Positions 12,061 to 25,090 of a stretch of 64,000 bases of DNA are shown here, one piece after another (position 1 is the stretch's first letter; the number at the start of each line of letters is the position of its first letter). The notes below the pieces were generated by a model. It did not search any database. It was given only the letters and a program-made list of their open reading frames with translations, and was not told where the DNA came from. Origin of the DNA: Octopus vulgaris (lineage: Eukaryota); contig OX597836.1 in NCBI GenBank assembly GCA_951406725.2, positions 47,926,001 to 47,990,000 of the forward strand, given 5' to 3'. Made by a program: the position numbers and the translations under genes.

Positions 12061-13373
12061 TGAATTGGGAGGAGGGAGCTGTTGTAGTTGTGCAGGAATA
12101 GACAAGACAAAGAAGGAGGACAGAAGGTGGAGATAAGCGACAGTTATTGGAGCGTGGGAATATGATAGCACTCTTTCAACAATTCATAGAATTTTCAGCT
12201 GCTGGCAGCCTTCCAAAATTAGTAATGTTTAAGGTGAAGGAGAACACTTGTCTCCTTGATGGCTTCGTCACAAAATAGCTGTTATTCAGTGGGCCAGCAA
12301 TTTTCGTTTCTACTAACTTCTTTGATTTTTTAAAACACTTTTATTTTTCTTCTCCGAAATCACGCATGCTAGACAGGAAATTAATTGCCGAGGTGATTAG
12401 AGTCTGCGTTTTAGATTTAAGAAGAATTTTACTGATATTAGTTTCGGTTAAAGTTAAAACTGTTTTTGCTGAATATAAATTTTGTCTTCTTGAAGAGAAG
12501 AAACGTAAATTTTATTTCATTTCTTCTCCTTGTAAGAGAAGAAATTGTTTTCACCAATTTAAAATATTCAGGAATTAAATGTTTTTTGTTGTTGTTTTCA
12601 AAAGGTTCGGATTACACGCTTGCAGCACAAAATCACTCGGTTTGAACGTCTTATGTCATAATTGCGTCTGGTGTTATGCAAAGAGGGGTTGAAAGGAAAG
12701 TTTTAAGAACCCGGCTTTGCATTTCTTTTGTTCCAGTGTATCAAGTCTACTGCTGATGGGAGGAGAGAGGATTCAAGGCTTGTTATTGCTGAGAGAACAA
12801 TTCTGGGGTTAAATGTCACATTCCAGTCTTCGTTTTTAAGTAATTTATAGCCAGTCGGCCGGCCTGCGGCGTGTGTGTGTGTGTGTGTGTGTGTGCGTGT
12901 GTGTGTGTGTGTGCGTGCGCGTGCGTGCGTGTGTGTGTGTGTGTGTGTGATGGGGGTATTTACGAGCTTATCTCTGGTGTGTGCGCTGCCATTCGGCTTG
13001 ACATTAAAGCAATGTGTCTGCTACGAATCAATATTTATATTTGTGTCTCCCAAGTTTCAGGTTACACCACAGCCTTCGCCGTTCTGCTCACCACATTTTT
13101 ATGACATTATTTATTTATTTATTTATTACATATCCACCGCCATTGCTGCTCTCCTCGCGTAGACAAAAGCAGTTTATGTCTTGGTGTGTTTTATCTACTT
13201 TGTCTCTTCCCTGCTGATTAATTAAACTTGAGTTTTCGCTAACTTTATCAATGTTTTGTCATAGTAGATCCTTGTCTATGGTACTCAAACCATTTTCACA
13301 TTTAAGGAGCCACTCACGGTTCCATTGTTCCAGAAATGCCAATCTGAGTGTCATTACTGCACATTCCAACTGA

Positions 13374-13776
13374 TTTCTTTATTAGCCCACAAGGAGCTAA
13401 ACATAGAGGGGACAAACAAGGACAGACAAAGGAATTAAGTCGATTAGATCGACCCCAGTGCGTAACTGGTTCTTATTTAATCGACCCCGAAAGGATGAAA
13501 GGCAAAGTCGACCTCGGCGGAATTTGAACATAGAACGTAACGGCAGGCGAAATACCTATTTCTTTATTGCCCACAAGGGGCTAAACATAGAGGGGACAAA
13601 CAAGGACAGACAAACGTATTAAGTCGATTACATCGACCCAGTGCGTAACTGGTACTTAATTTATCGACCCCGAAAGGATGAAAGGCACAGTCGACCTCGG
13701 CGGAATTTGAACTCACAACGTAACGGCGCTAAGAATTTCGCCCGGCACGCTAACGGTTCTGCCAGCTCGCCGCCTT
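13374..13776 (-). mobile_element. SINE family B, dimeric form
   Basis: Reverse complement of the 548-946 structure, with an intact head ending gccagctcgccgcctt. Confidence 0.9.
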
Positions 13777-15099
13777 ACTTCACATTCCAACTTGCGTTGG
13801 TTGTGTTTGGGGTCGGGGCTGTATAGCCAGAGTCCGCATATGTTCTACCTTCACCATTCCCCAGTCTGTTATACCTGATAGTTGTGACGCCACAAGGTCA
13901 GCTCTCATACAAGTAGTCCGATAATCACCCGACGCATAAATCCAGTTACACCCGAGGACCAGACTGACCTGTGGTAATGGATTATGGGATTGCAGTGTGA
14001 CAGTCTGGGTGTTTTGCATTCACTTCACTCTCCAGTCTATTTCTGTGCATCCCTTAATCTGGGTAGGGGTCGCAGTGAAGACGGGGCGATGGGAACTCAG
14101 TCAAAGCGCGGCAATTACTGCCTTTCAGCCTTTTCTTTCTATCTTCGATATCGTTAGTGCGTCAGACAAAATGCTCAACTACATTTCTTCCGCTTCATTA
14201 CGCCATGAGTTCAACTACCACCGAGATCGACTTTGCCTTTCATCATTTCGGGATCGATGTAAGCGACGTACTCTCTCTCTCTCTCTCTCTTTAAAATTGC
14301 TGGTCTTGTGCTGAAATTTGAAATACGGGTGTCAGCCAACTCCGTCGTGAAGATCGCCCCACCACCTTCCTTTGTTCGCGAAAGGCAGATATTTTTTTCT
14401 GTCTGGTGGTTATGGCGAAAGAGATTGAGTGGTGGACGAGAGTGAAAGGACTGAAGACATGCATTTTGCTATCTGCCCAAGACCTGATTCGACTTTTTCA
14501 AGTTCCAGTTGGAAAGGGAGGTACCTGGACCCCACCCTACCGACATCTCATTGTCCAACTATCTGGAGTTACTAAAAAACATGCGCCTGTTGGTTGAAAA
14601 GTACAGAGAAGAGAAGCACATTTGCCATGGTACTCCTTGTGTGCAGAGTAACTCGGGATCGGTGGGGTTCCTTGGTCGCCCCTGGGTGGTGTTTTACCCC
14701 ATGAAGAAATTTTGTTGTTGCAATTTCCTTGTTATTGTTTTTCTTTTTTTTTGTTCACAGATTTTTTATGTAAGTTTCCACTGTCATTTGTCTTTGTCTT
14801 TGTTTTTTTTTGTGATCCTTGTGGCCAATAAGGAAAAGCACCTCTAGATTGAGGGCAGATGAAGAGGAGGTCAGGGCGATCGTGGTTTTTGTAGGATTTC
14901 CACGAGCAGCCCTTGGAAAAAGTCTCCTTCTTTTGAATATTTTACATGTTAGAATTTTCATTGTTATTCTTTGTTTATACGTTCTAATCCCGCTCATAGA
15001 GTGGGATTGTATTGTATTGCCCCATAACCGTCCCCAATCCTTGTATATGAACCCTCAGTGGTTAATGAAGAAAGGATTCTTCTTCTTCTTCTTCTTCTT

Positions 15100-15171
<72 letters not shown>

Positions 15172-15180
15172 GTTGTTGTT

Positions 15181-15593
15181 AAGGCGGCCAGCTGGAAGAA
15201 TCGTTAGCACGGCATTTTCGTCCGACTCGACGTTCTAAGTTCAAATTCCGCGGATGGTCAATAAATATAAGTACCAGTTGAGTACTGGGGGGGGGGGGTC
15301 AATGTAACCGACTTACCCTCTCCTCCGAAATTGCTGGCCTTGTGCTAAAATGTGAAACCATTATTAATTATTATGAAAGCGGCGAACTGGCAGAATCGTT
15401 AACACGTTGGACAAAAGGCTTAGCAGTATTTCGTTCGAGTTTATGTTCTGAGTTCAAATTCCGCCGAGGTCGACTTTGCTTTTCATCCCATCGGGATCGA
15501 TAAAATAGTACCAGTTGAGCACTAGGCTCGCTGTAAATCGACTTACCCGCTTCCCCCAAAACTTGCTGGCCTTGTGCTAAAATTTGAAACCAT
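15181..15593 (+). mobile_element. Two tandem SINE family B monomers (15181-15362, 15376-15593)
   Basis: Each begins aa(g)gcggc..ctgg.agaatcgtta and ends gctggccttgtgctaaaat.tgaaacca plus (tta)n. They follow a (TTC)n(TTA)n tract. Confidence 0.85.
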
Positions 15594-16168
15594 TATTATA
15601 ATCAAATGTGGAGGCGGCACATTTGATAGGTGATAGGGATTGTCTCGTAGCATAATGTTTGGGGCTGTCGATGTAACAGCTATTTTGTGTTAATGTGTTT
15701 TCTTTAATGTTTGTCCAAATTGGGTGACCGAGAAAGTGTTCTGGCGGTGTAGTAGAGGTAGGCGTTTGGCTATTTGGAGATAACTTTTCATAGAATGATA
15801 GGAACTTGAAAATCACATAAACACAATAAAGTATTCAAATATGCTTCGGCGACACGCCATGTCCCTGGCATAATCCAGACGGTCCTTGATTTCTAGTTTT
15901 TTCTGTTTCGTTTGTGTAGGCGGTCTGTAGGTGTGATCAATGTGAAACCTGTTTTGGTGGATGTGTGGTTTAGTGTTTTGTGTAAGCTGTCGTTTATTAC
16001 AGTTTGTCATACAGAAAGAAAAAAATACCCAAGCCATGATAAATCTAATGCATTGTTTTGTACGTCATTGTAAGTCGTTGATTTCTGTTGCTTAAATGTC
16101 GTCGTAACGGTGAGTAATCGAATATGACTTGGCTTTCTTTAATACGTCGACTTCTATGATATATTGTG

Positions 16169-16232
<64 letters not shown>

Positions 16233-16559
16233 GCGTGTATGCATTATGTTTATGAGTAATGGTGTATGAGTGTAATTTTTGCTTGTACTTCGTATCGTCT
16301 GGTGGTTCGAAGGAAGACTGGCTGAGAATTTGGTGCATTTATTGTTGTGGGAAAAAGTTTTCGAGTGATTTAAAATAAAGTTGGAAGAGTTATTACCGCA
16401 ACAGTGAGAGAATGGGAATATGATACCATCGACGTATGAGTCAATATGTACGTTTTGTAGTGTTGTGACAAGTTTGTGTTGGTAACGACTGAAACTAGTG
16501 AGCGAGAAGACGGGTCCTCGTGGGTAAGTCCCCAGTTCTGTCCACAACTTATGCTTGGC

Positions 16560-17330
16560 AACCAGGCAACGTTTCTGGTTTAGGAAATGTTCAAGGAAAT
16601 CCGCCTCAAACAATGTCAGATTTCCCCATGATCTGTGATCAGCCTAGTACGCTTCTGACTAGGTGTCAGAACACGTGACCCCCACCGAACAGAAACCTTC
16701 GTCATGCCAAGTTCATTGCGCAGAATATAAGTACCTGCCTCCTCCGAAATTGCTGGCCTTGTGCTAAAATGTGAAACCATTATTAATTATTATGAAAGCG
16801 GCGAACTGGCAGAATCGTCAACACGTTGGACAAAAGGCTTAGCAGTATTTCGTTCGAGTTTAGGATACGCTAATAGCATTGGATATTTTATTCATAGTCA
16901 ATAACCCATCATCCATCACCATGTGGTGAAAACGATCAATGTTTTCCTCGGTGGTGGCAGTTGCAGGACGTCAACACCTTTGGACATCTTCAAGACTCTC
17001 CCTTCCCAAATTGAACTGCCCGATTTTATACTGTTGATAAAGCTGGAGTGCAATCCCTTAGTGTAACAACCATGTCAACATGAATGTCTTTGGGGGCTAA
17101 ACCCTTTTTTCTGCAGGTGCTTGATAACAGCACGTTGCCAAATTTGATCCATTTTGAAGAGAAGTCGCTACTAGTTACTTTTGAAATCTTCTTTAAGCAG
17201 TCAGAAGTCAGTTTAACCGGAAAGAAACAATGCAGTTATTAATAAGAAGGGTTGAAACTAATTCTTGCAAGATTTCACAGCTTTAACATAAATCCTTCAG
17301 AGTCAGCCAACGAACGTTTCAGCCTCTCCC
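16560..17330 (-). mobile_element. Mariner transposon 5' part, pseudogenised and interrupted at about 16725-16862
   Basis: ATG at 17152 (-): MDQIWQRAVIKHLQKK/GLAPKDIHVDMV...GRESLED...RPATATTEENIDRFHHMVMDD...ISVS. After the insertion: ILRNELGMTKVSVRWGSRVLTPSQKRTRLIT..LTLFEADFLEHFL (a WVPR-like linker). TIR-like ggctgaaacgttc near 17325. Confidence 0.85.
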
Positions 17331-17578
17331 TCACCTTCGGATACGGGGAGCTTGTTTGTCGAAAATTCCCAGCAGAAACCAAGACAACAGCTTAAAGACA
17401 GTATGAAGTCCTTATTGAGGGTTTGTAATATATGGAAGGTCAGTCAGGAAAGCAATGTTTGTCATCGCCACCAATGGAGAGAACAAATAAAGAAAGGAAC
17501 GGATATTTTTAAAGAAAGATGCATTTTTCATACTGAACTTGGGCAAACTGCCTGAAAATCCCAGCGGAGTGAATGGAG

Positions 17579-18236
17579 CAGTGGCGGCTTGTGTATAGGC
17601 ACTGCGGAACTGCAGCCTCCCCCCTATTTCCACTCGATATCATTCAATATAATGAGTTCTTTTTTCTTTAATTCTTTCTTTATACTTGTACATTATATAA
17701 TCATTGAGCTTAATGTAACCATCCCCTAGTTTATGAAAAAAATACAGTTCTAGCAACGTGGTGTTTGCTTGTTGTGCGCATGCTCACATGTCCGACATAT
17801 GAAGCTGCACGCTAGGGAGAGAGAGCACTGTGGTTCATGCAGTGCCGACCCCAGTCTGCTGGTGAAAGCTTTTGTTTCTTTTGACTCCGCCTGTGTTGTG
17901 CTTAAAAACGTGTTTATATTCTTGAATGTGTAGAATTAGATTATTATCCTGCTTCCAGCTTCAGTGTTGCTGCTAGGATTTGAAAAATAGGGCACATTCC
18001 ACCCACCCCGCCTTATTTTGTGATTAGGGAGGGGACTGAAAAACAAGGGGGAATTCGCGGCGGTGTTCAGTGAACAAATTAAACACACAACCCGGCAGTG
18101 ACTAAAACGCAAACCGATCAAGTTTATGTATAAATTTTCTTTTTATATGTTGCTTTCCTTTTACATAATATTAAGACAATGGCTAGAAATGTTCTAAAGC
18201 GACTCTCCCACAAATATTATCTACGGGCCGCCACTG
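17579..18236. mobile_element. Non-autonomous hAT element (CAGTGGCG termini)
   Basis: TIRs CAGTGGCGGC and GCCGCCACTG. Flanks gaatggag (17571-17578) and gaatggaa (18237-18244) form an 8-bp TSD with one mismatch. Confidence 0.85.
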
Positions 18237-18424
18237 GAATGGAAGAAGTTTGGTCTGCAATATGTGCAAACGTGTGTGTTTATTGGGCTTATTAGTTATG
18301 GACGGATCCACAAGTGTAAGGTACAAATTTGCTTCAGTGTTCAATGTTCCTATTGGTAAAATAATGGTCTTCCACGGTCACAAGCGGACAGCTACTTTTT
18401 TAAAAATATAATCTTTATCTCATA

Positions 18425-19272
18425 TATTTTACTTGATTCCTACGGCCATGCTGCAGCAGGACCTTGAAGAATTTTAGTCGAACGAATCGACACAAGTACT
18501 TACTTTTTAAAAAAGCCTGGTACTTACTCTATCGGTATCTTTTGCCGAACCGCTAGGCTACGGGGACATAAACACACCAACACCGGTTGTTAGTCGGTGG
18601 TGACACAAAGATATTCATATGCAAGTATGTATGTATGTATGTATGTATGTATGTATGTATGCAAGTATGTATGTATGTATGTATGCATGTATGTATGTAT
18701 GTATGTATGTATGTATGTATGTATGTATGTATGTATGTATGTATGTATGTATGTATGTATGTATGCACGTATGTATGTATGTATGTATGCACGTATGTAT
18801 GTATGTATGTATGTATGTATGTATGTATGTATGTATGCACGTATGTATGTATGTATGTATGTATGTATGTATGCAAGTATGTATGTCATGTATGTATGTA
18901 TGTATGTATGTATGTATGCACGTATGTATGTATGTATGTATGTATGCAAGTATGTATGTCATGTATGTATGTATGTATGTATGTATGTATGTATGTATGT
19001 ATGTATGTATGTATGTATGTATGTATGTATGTATGTATGCAAGTATGTATGTATGTATGCAAGTATGTATGTATGTATGTATGTATGTATGTATGTATGT
19101 ATGTATACGATGGGCTTCTTTCAGTTTCCGTCTACCAAATCTACTCATAAGGCTTTGGTTGGCCCGGTGCTATAGTAGGAGCCTCTTGCCCAAAGTGTCA
19201 CGCAGAGGGACTGAACCCGGAACCACATGGTTGGTAAGCAAACTTTTTACCACACAGCCACGCCTACGCCTA
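18425..19272 (-). mobile_element. SINE family A with internal microsatellite expanded to about 480 bp of (TATG)n
   Basis: Tail at 18425-18610, (TATG)n at about 18623-19106, head at 19107-19272. Confidence 0.88.
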
Positions 19273-19277
19273 TAACG

Positions 19278-19316
<39 letters not shown>

Positions 19317-19569
19317 ATGTATGTATGTATGTATGTATGTATGTATGTATGTATGTATGTATGTATGTATGTATGTATGTATGTATGTATGTATGTATGT
19401 ATACGATGGGCTTCTTTCAGTTTCCGTATACCAAATCTACTCATAAGGCTTTGGTTGGCCCAGTGCTATAGTAGGAACCGCTTGCCCAAAGTGTCACGCA
19501 GAGGGACTGAACCCGGAACCACATGGTTGGTAAGCAAACTTTTTACCACACAGCCACGCCAACGCCTAT

Positions 19570-19635
<66 letters not shown>
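19273..19635 (-). repeat. Tandem duplicate of the SINE A head with flanking microsatellites
   Basis: 19401-19575 is nearly identical to 19104-19278. Both are preceded by (TATG)n and followed by ataac(GT)n. Confidence 0.9.
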
Positions 19636-19637
<2 letters not shown>

Positions 19638-20034
19638 TGTATGTCTGTATGCATCTGTATGTATACACACACATACAGAGTTTAAATCATATACGTTGCC
19701 GGATATCGTATTTCCCGCTGTATTTTCAAATAATCTACAATGAATGTTTGATATCGATATCCTGATACTTTTTCAGTCGAGGGATTAATTCTGTCGTAAA
19801 AAAAATAAAACAAAACTTGACTTTAAAATTCTCTGGCGACATTCTTATCTCGCCATCAACTGGCTTCATTAGCCTCGGTCTATCATTTGGTACCAAAGTC
19901 TGCTGCTCCCTTTGCGAACCATTTCGTCGAGAGCGGAGATTCTCTTCCCCACAAAAATAACATCGTGCCTAATCAAAAGAAATGGAATGTTTAGAAATTC
20001 TTAAATCGTTTAAATGAAACTAATTCTATATCGC

Positions 20035-20137
<103 letters not shown>

Positions 20138-20149
20138 TATATGCATACT

Positions 20150-20194
<45 letters not shown>

Positions 20195-20210
20195 ATATAC
20201 GTACACACAG

Positions 20211-20243
<33 letters not shown>

Positions 20244-20256
20244 TGTATGTATGTCA

Positions 20257-21790
20257 GACTAGTGTCAATTACTGCGTCATCCGCAATCGCCCCACAGTTT
20301 AGAATGTCAGAAAAATGCTCAATGCGGTCACCTGTGATTTCTGTTGATTTAATAATTAAGGTGGCGCCCACCTAGGAAAGCAAAGGAATCTATACAGAAC
20401 TCTTTGGCCCATAAGCTTGCTTCGTAAGATGATAGAGCCTCTTGCTGTCACTTGCATCGACATCAGCTTGAGTATCACAAGCAAGGCTTCCCCCATCACG
20501 TGTTCTGCATCTTCCTAAGTAATCACAGCAATAAAGATTTTATATTTTTATTATGGGAGAATGTTCGTTTCTGCTGCACGACTGATAGACACTGTGGGCA
20601 TTGCACTTTGCGGGCAGAACTCTCTCATTTTCGCCAAACCAGTCCTTATGACTGATTGCAGCATATCTCAGTGTTTCAGCAGCGCATTGGAAACTCTAGT
20701 CTCGAAACTTCTCTCTCAGGTTGTATTATCTTCGATGCTGGATAAACGATTCTGTAGCTCTCCCCTCACACTAGGATCATATATCTTACCGACATTTAGG
20801 CGCCGAGAAATCCCAGCTGGCTCTTTTCTCTCTTTCCCCCTAATTATTATTCGGAATTTTGCTCGCGCCAAGCAATGGTCTGTCAAACCCTCCGATCTAT
20901 TACAAATATCATAGATATCAGAATGACAATATAATCCAACGATACCAAACTTTTGACCCCGGGTGCATCCATGTTGTGTGATCACTTTTGTGCGTGAGAT
21001 CATTGCTGTTCATCTTTTCTATGCTCTGTTCCAATCCTGGAACTGAAATCCTTCAGTAGAATGATTTTGTCGGACTTGGAAATTTTCCTGAGTACAACTC
21101 TCAGCTGGTCATAGAAAGTTGTTTTATATTCATCAGAACTGGTCAGAGTAGGGGCATCGGCACTTAGTATAACAATAGAATAACGCCTATCTTTGTGTCA
21201 TCTCTGCGTCATTGTGCCATTGATATGGCGCAGAGTTAGATCAATGACTGATTTATAGGGATAGGAATCTCCTCCAACTTCTTCAGGATTTCAAATCGAA
21301 CAGCAAAACCAATGCCAACCTCCCTGCACTCCTCTTCTGGTTTCCCTTCCAGAAAATGTTGTAGCCACCTCCAATCTCCTCAAGCTGACCATTACTTTCC
21401 AAACGAATCTCTAAAAGAGCAGACTATGTCTATTTTGTAGCGGTTCAGTTCACGAGCAATATCTCTTTAAGTGCAGTATGTCTTCCAGATCTCACAGTCC
21501 GCACGTACATTCCAACATGAAATATTTATATTCCATCCAGATTTTCTTTGTTTTTCGCGCGCAAAGTGGACATCCGTCATTCACACTAAACTGACCAGAT
21601 AGAGAAACGCAATGTTCAGTTCACCTTTTCTAGAACCTCCCCGGTCTCCAGGCGAGCGGTGCCCTCCTCAAATAGAGCTGCTCAGATACCCACGCAACAA
21701 CCGAATCCCATTGCTGTCTTGGACAATAAGAAAACGAATTTATATCTAACATGCGCAGCCCACATGTAGGTTGCTGGTTTCGTGCTTTTA
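20257..21790 (-). mobile_element. RTE-clade LINE, 5' part (UTR, APE endonuclease, linker), pseudogenised
   Basis: Minus-strand motifs WNVRT, IARELNRYKIDI, VGIGFAV, APTLTSSDEYKTTFYDQL, TDHCL and RLYHLTKQAYGP...EHFSDILN, with stops and frameshifts. Confidence 0.85.
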
Positions 21791-22110
21791 ACTCATCCGG
21801 TGTGCATGCTTCACCATCTTCCCATCGCTGCAGGAATTTCAAATAAGAAAAAAATGTATAATTAAAAATCAAGCAGCAATGCCATTAAAATTGCCAGCAA
21901 TATTTGTGCAAATTGCTGGGTACAATAAGGCTTGCATGACACCTCGCAGGCCCTCTCCATCCTCTTGATATGATCCAGAGACAAGCCGGGGCAAGATATC
22001 CAGTGCTAATATGGATCACAGGCTCAGGAATGTGGGAATGCCATGATGTCAGACGCAAGGAAAATCTTCCAAAAATGTTCAGTGCCATTCCCTGCATATC
22101 CGATTTTATA

Positions 22111-23025
22111 CAGGGCGGGGAAGAGAGGACGGACGTTTTTGAAATAGCTATTACTCAGCCCCAGTGGGGAGGGACATATGTCCGACAGGTACCATTCGGT
22201 CCATGGTGTCTTAGCATTGTTTTTTTTCTTTTCAGGTGAAGCCATAGTGCTGTGGACGATAGAACATCGCGCATTTGCCTCCGACAGTTACGTGGAGAAT
22301 AAGGAGTCTGTCATAGCAGCTCAGCGTGAGTTTCGGCGCCACTTCAACATTTACCGAAATCAGGCTGTTCCCACCCGCAACACAATCTTACATTAGGGGA
22401 ATGCACTTCGTACACGAGGTACACTCATGAACAGGAGACTGGAAAATGTGGAACGCGTCAGTCAAGCTTTGAACGGAATTCGAATCGCTCTGCTCGGAGA
22501 TATTCCACTGAACCTGGCATCGGTAATTGATCGGCAAGGTGTATTTTGCATGAAGACCTGCATTTGCACCCGTACAAATTGGTCATTCGGCAATAGTTGA
22601 AACCATGGGACTATGCACAGCAAGTTAACTTCGCAAGTCAGATAAAAACAATTTTTGAGGTAAATGATGACCTCATTTTGTTAATGAGTGATGAAGCTCA
22701 TTTTCATTTCATTGTCATGTTGAATCAACAGAACTGTCGTTACTGGGTTCTTGAAAATCTGCGAGAACTGCACGAAAGACCACTGCACAGCCCAAAAGTG
22801 GCGGTCTAGTGTGCTGTTGGGAAAGCTGCCATCATTGGTCCTTACTTTTTCGAAGACAGTAATGGAAATGCAGTTACTGTGAACTCCGAGCGTTACATCG
22901 AGAGGATAAACAACTTGTTTGTGCCTGAAGTATGACAAAAGCGTATGCCTATGTGGCATGCGTGGTTTCGGCAGGATGGGGCAACGGCCCACACAGCCAG
23001 AACATCAATGGACGTTCTTTGCCCT
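22111..23025 (+). mobile_element. Tc1/mariner-superfamily element (rosa/DD41D-like), pseudogenised and 3'-truncated
   Basis: TA followed by a CAGGG terminus. WTIEHRAF...SVIAAQREFRRHFN...PTRNTI, LHLHPYK, MSDEAHFH...NQQNCRYW...PLHSPKV, IIGPYFFED...TVNSERY, WFRQDGATAHTA, with in-frame stops. Confidence 0.88.
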
Positions 23026-23315
23026 CAGAAGCAGCATGGTGTCTCTTCCGCATCCACCCTATTCACCAGATTTAGCGTAATTCCATCTCTTCCCTAAGAT
23101 GAAAACGCAGCTCAAAGGTTGCCGTTTTGACACTGTTGCGAGATCGAGAGCGAATCGCAGAAGGTCCACGACCTTCTTACGGAAAACGAGTGATAGGGAC
23201 TGGTGTGTTGCTGCGCAAGGTGACTACTTCGAAGGAGACGATGTGAAAACTTAGGTAAATAAGTTATTCTTTATCAAACATAACTAATCCTGACATTTTT
23301 TGATGCCACCTATTA
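23026..23315 (+). mobile_element. Mariner (DD34D-type) transposase 3' fragment plus TIR
   Basis: SMVSLPHPPYSPDLA...FPKMKTQLKGCRFDT...CVAAQGDYFEGD, then TIR-like cctgacattttttgatgccacc. Confidence 0.8.
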
Positions 23316-23689
23316 ACGTAGATCAGACAAAGCTCCCCCCCCCCCCGAATAATGGCCACCGTTAAACAATGGCAGTAATTGAGAAGTGAGCTAAGTTCCT
23401 TAGATCTAATGTTTTTATATTTATTTCCCCTCTTCTCATTTCGTTCTTCTCCATCCATCGCCTCTTCTCAAAGGAACCATAAGATTTACCACAAAAGTAT
23501 TTATACAGTTCTATAGTTTTAAAGCGTTTTACATTGAATATGTTAACCCTCCCTAATTACTGGTACTCAATCACAGTTAACTTCAGTGATTAAATTATAA
23601 ACACAAAAAAAACAAAAAAAAAATCAATTTTGCTGACTTTTAACGCCCTCACCTTCTTAATAATTTCGTCATTACTATTTTGGTAAATG

Positions 23690-23862
23690 TGGAGGCGCGT
23701 GGCTTAGGTGTTAGGGTGTCGCTGAGTGGTTATGGTGTTGGACTCATGATCGTAAGATTGTAGTTTCGATTCCTGGACTGTGCGTGCGTTGTGTTCTTGA
23801 GCAAAATACTTCATTTGACGTTGCTCCAGTTCACTCAGCTGTCAAAAATGAGTAACCCTGCA
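23690..23862 (+). mobile_element. SINE family C 5' part (tRNA head plus CORE-like segment)
   Basis: tggaggcgcgtggcttag...gtttcgattcctggac...gagcaaaatacttcatttgacgttgctccagttcactcagctg. Confidence 0.75.
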
Positions 23863-24645
23863 TTAAATGCATACTGAATGCTTCAAACTACAAAACACAT
23901 GTTGTTTACAAATATTGACAACTGGTGCTATTTTCAGGATGCTGACGACAAGATGTGCAATCAGGGACAAAATGACAGCTTCCAAATCCTGTTTCCTAAC
24001 TTGGTGAAAATGATCAAACTTTAAACCTCTATAACTTTTTAAAAACATTTTTCTGGAAAAAGTGAAATAACTCCAGCAATTCAGCTTGGGAAAGTATATT
24101 AATGTGCCAAATTTTAAAATTTTCGATAAACTTTAATTTTTGAAATGCCAAACCAACTAGATCCATCTGCGGAATTTGAACTCAGAACGAAAAGACGGAC
24201 GAAATGCTTAGCGGTATCTCGTCCGGCGAGAATGATTCTGTCAGCTCATCAATAATAATGCTCCACATGTTTCAGTCGCTGAACTGCGGCCATGCTGGGG
24301 CATTTGCTTTGAAGGGTTGAATAAATTGACTCCAGGGTATATTTTAGATCAGGTATTTATTGTACTGGTGTCTTTTATCGAACCGCTAAGCTACGATGAC
24401 GTAAACAAACCAACGTTGGTTGTCATGCGCTAGTCGGTAAGAACATAGATATAAAGTCGTGGGGGTAAGTGCGTGCACACACACTCATATATGTATATAG
24501 AACGGGCTTTCAGAAAGTTTGTCCCAAATTTATTCACAAAGATTTGATCAGCCGCGCACTGAAAACGAACACGAAACCACGTTTGCAAAACAAGCTTCTT
24601 GGCGGCAATACAGCCATACAAACACAAATAAAAGAAAAATTAGTT

Positions 24646-24729
24646 TGTCAGAAGTGGGATTCGAACCCACGCCGGGAAGACCCGACTGCGACCTGAACGC
24701 AGCGCCTTAGACCGCTCGGCCATCCTGAC
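24646..24729 (-). tRNA. tRNA-Leu, anticodon CAG
   Basis: Minus strand GTCAGGATGGCCGAGCGGTCTAAGGCGCTGCGTT-CAG-GTCGCAGTCGGGTCTTCCCGGCGTGGGTTCGAATCCCACTTCTGACA. Intact cloverleaf, long variable arm (CGGG/CCCG), A and B boxes, and a TTTTT Pol III terminator about 6 nt downstream. Confidence 0.97.
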
Positions 24730-25019
24730 TCCTACGTGCGCTTGATAATAGATATGTTCATATATGTATGTACGTGTGTTTGTGTAGGTATTTATATGTT
24801 TATATAAGTGACTATTTGTGTGCGTGTGCGCATACGTATGTATGCAGGCTTGTGTGTATGTGTGTGCGTTTGTATTAGCGTGTGTGCGCGCGGGCGTGTT
24901 TTAACATTTATAAACAAAAAGTTAAGTTTTTCAGGGTGGTGGTGGTGGTGGTTCACGAAAGGGGAAAGATATTAAACGTTCTGAGTCGATCACTTGATGT
25001 TTATTGTTTGTTTTGTTTT

Positions 25020-25090
25020 TCCTTTCCAATCGACCGGTCAGGCAGGAGCGTGACGTGGTTACGGTCGTCCTCTCTGCACGCGTTCACATT
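25020..25090 (+). promoter_or_regulatory. Candidate Pol II promoter element cluster
   Basis: CpG-rich non-repetitive patch with CCAAT (25026-25030) and GTGACGTGG (CRE/UPRE-like, 25050-25058), upstream of the putative first exon. Motif evidence only. Confidence 0.35.

Noticed and set aside
13780-15070. GC-richer blocks with ORFs of 80-139 aa
   Set aside because: Probably decayed retroelement sequence, but no diagnostic motif was found; the 139-aa ORF is extended by (TTC)n/(TTA)n.
16092-16613. 173-aa ORF on the minus strand
   Set aside because: Begins in the mariner remnant and ends in a (CA)n tract; chance fusion with no recognisable domain.
18553-19275. Long ORFs of 107-218 aa (MYVC/HTYI repeats)
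   Set aside because: Translations of (TATG)n inside a SINE; not genes.
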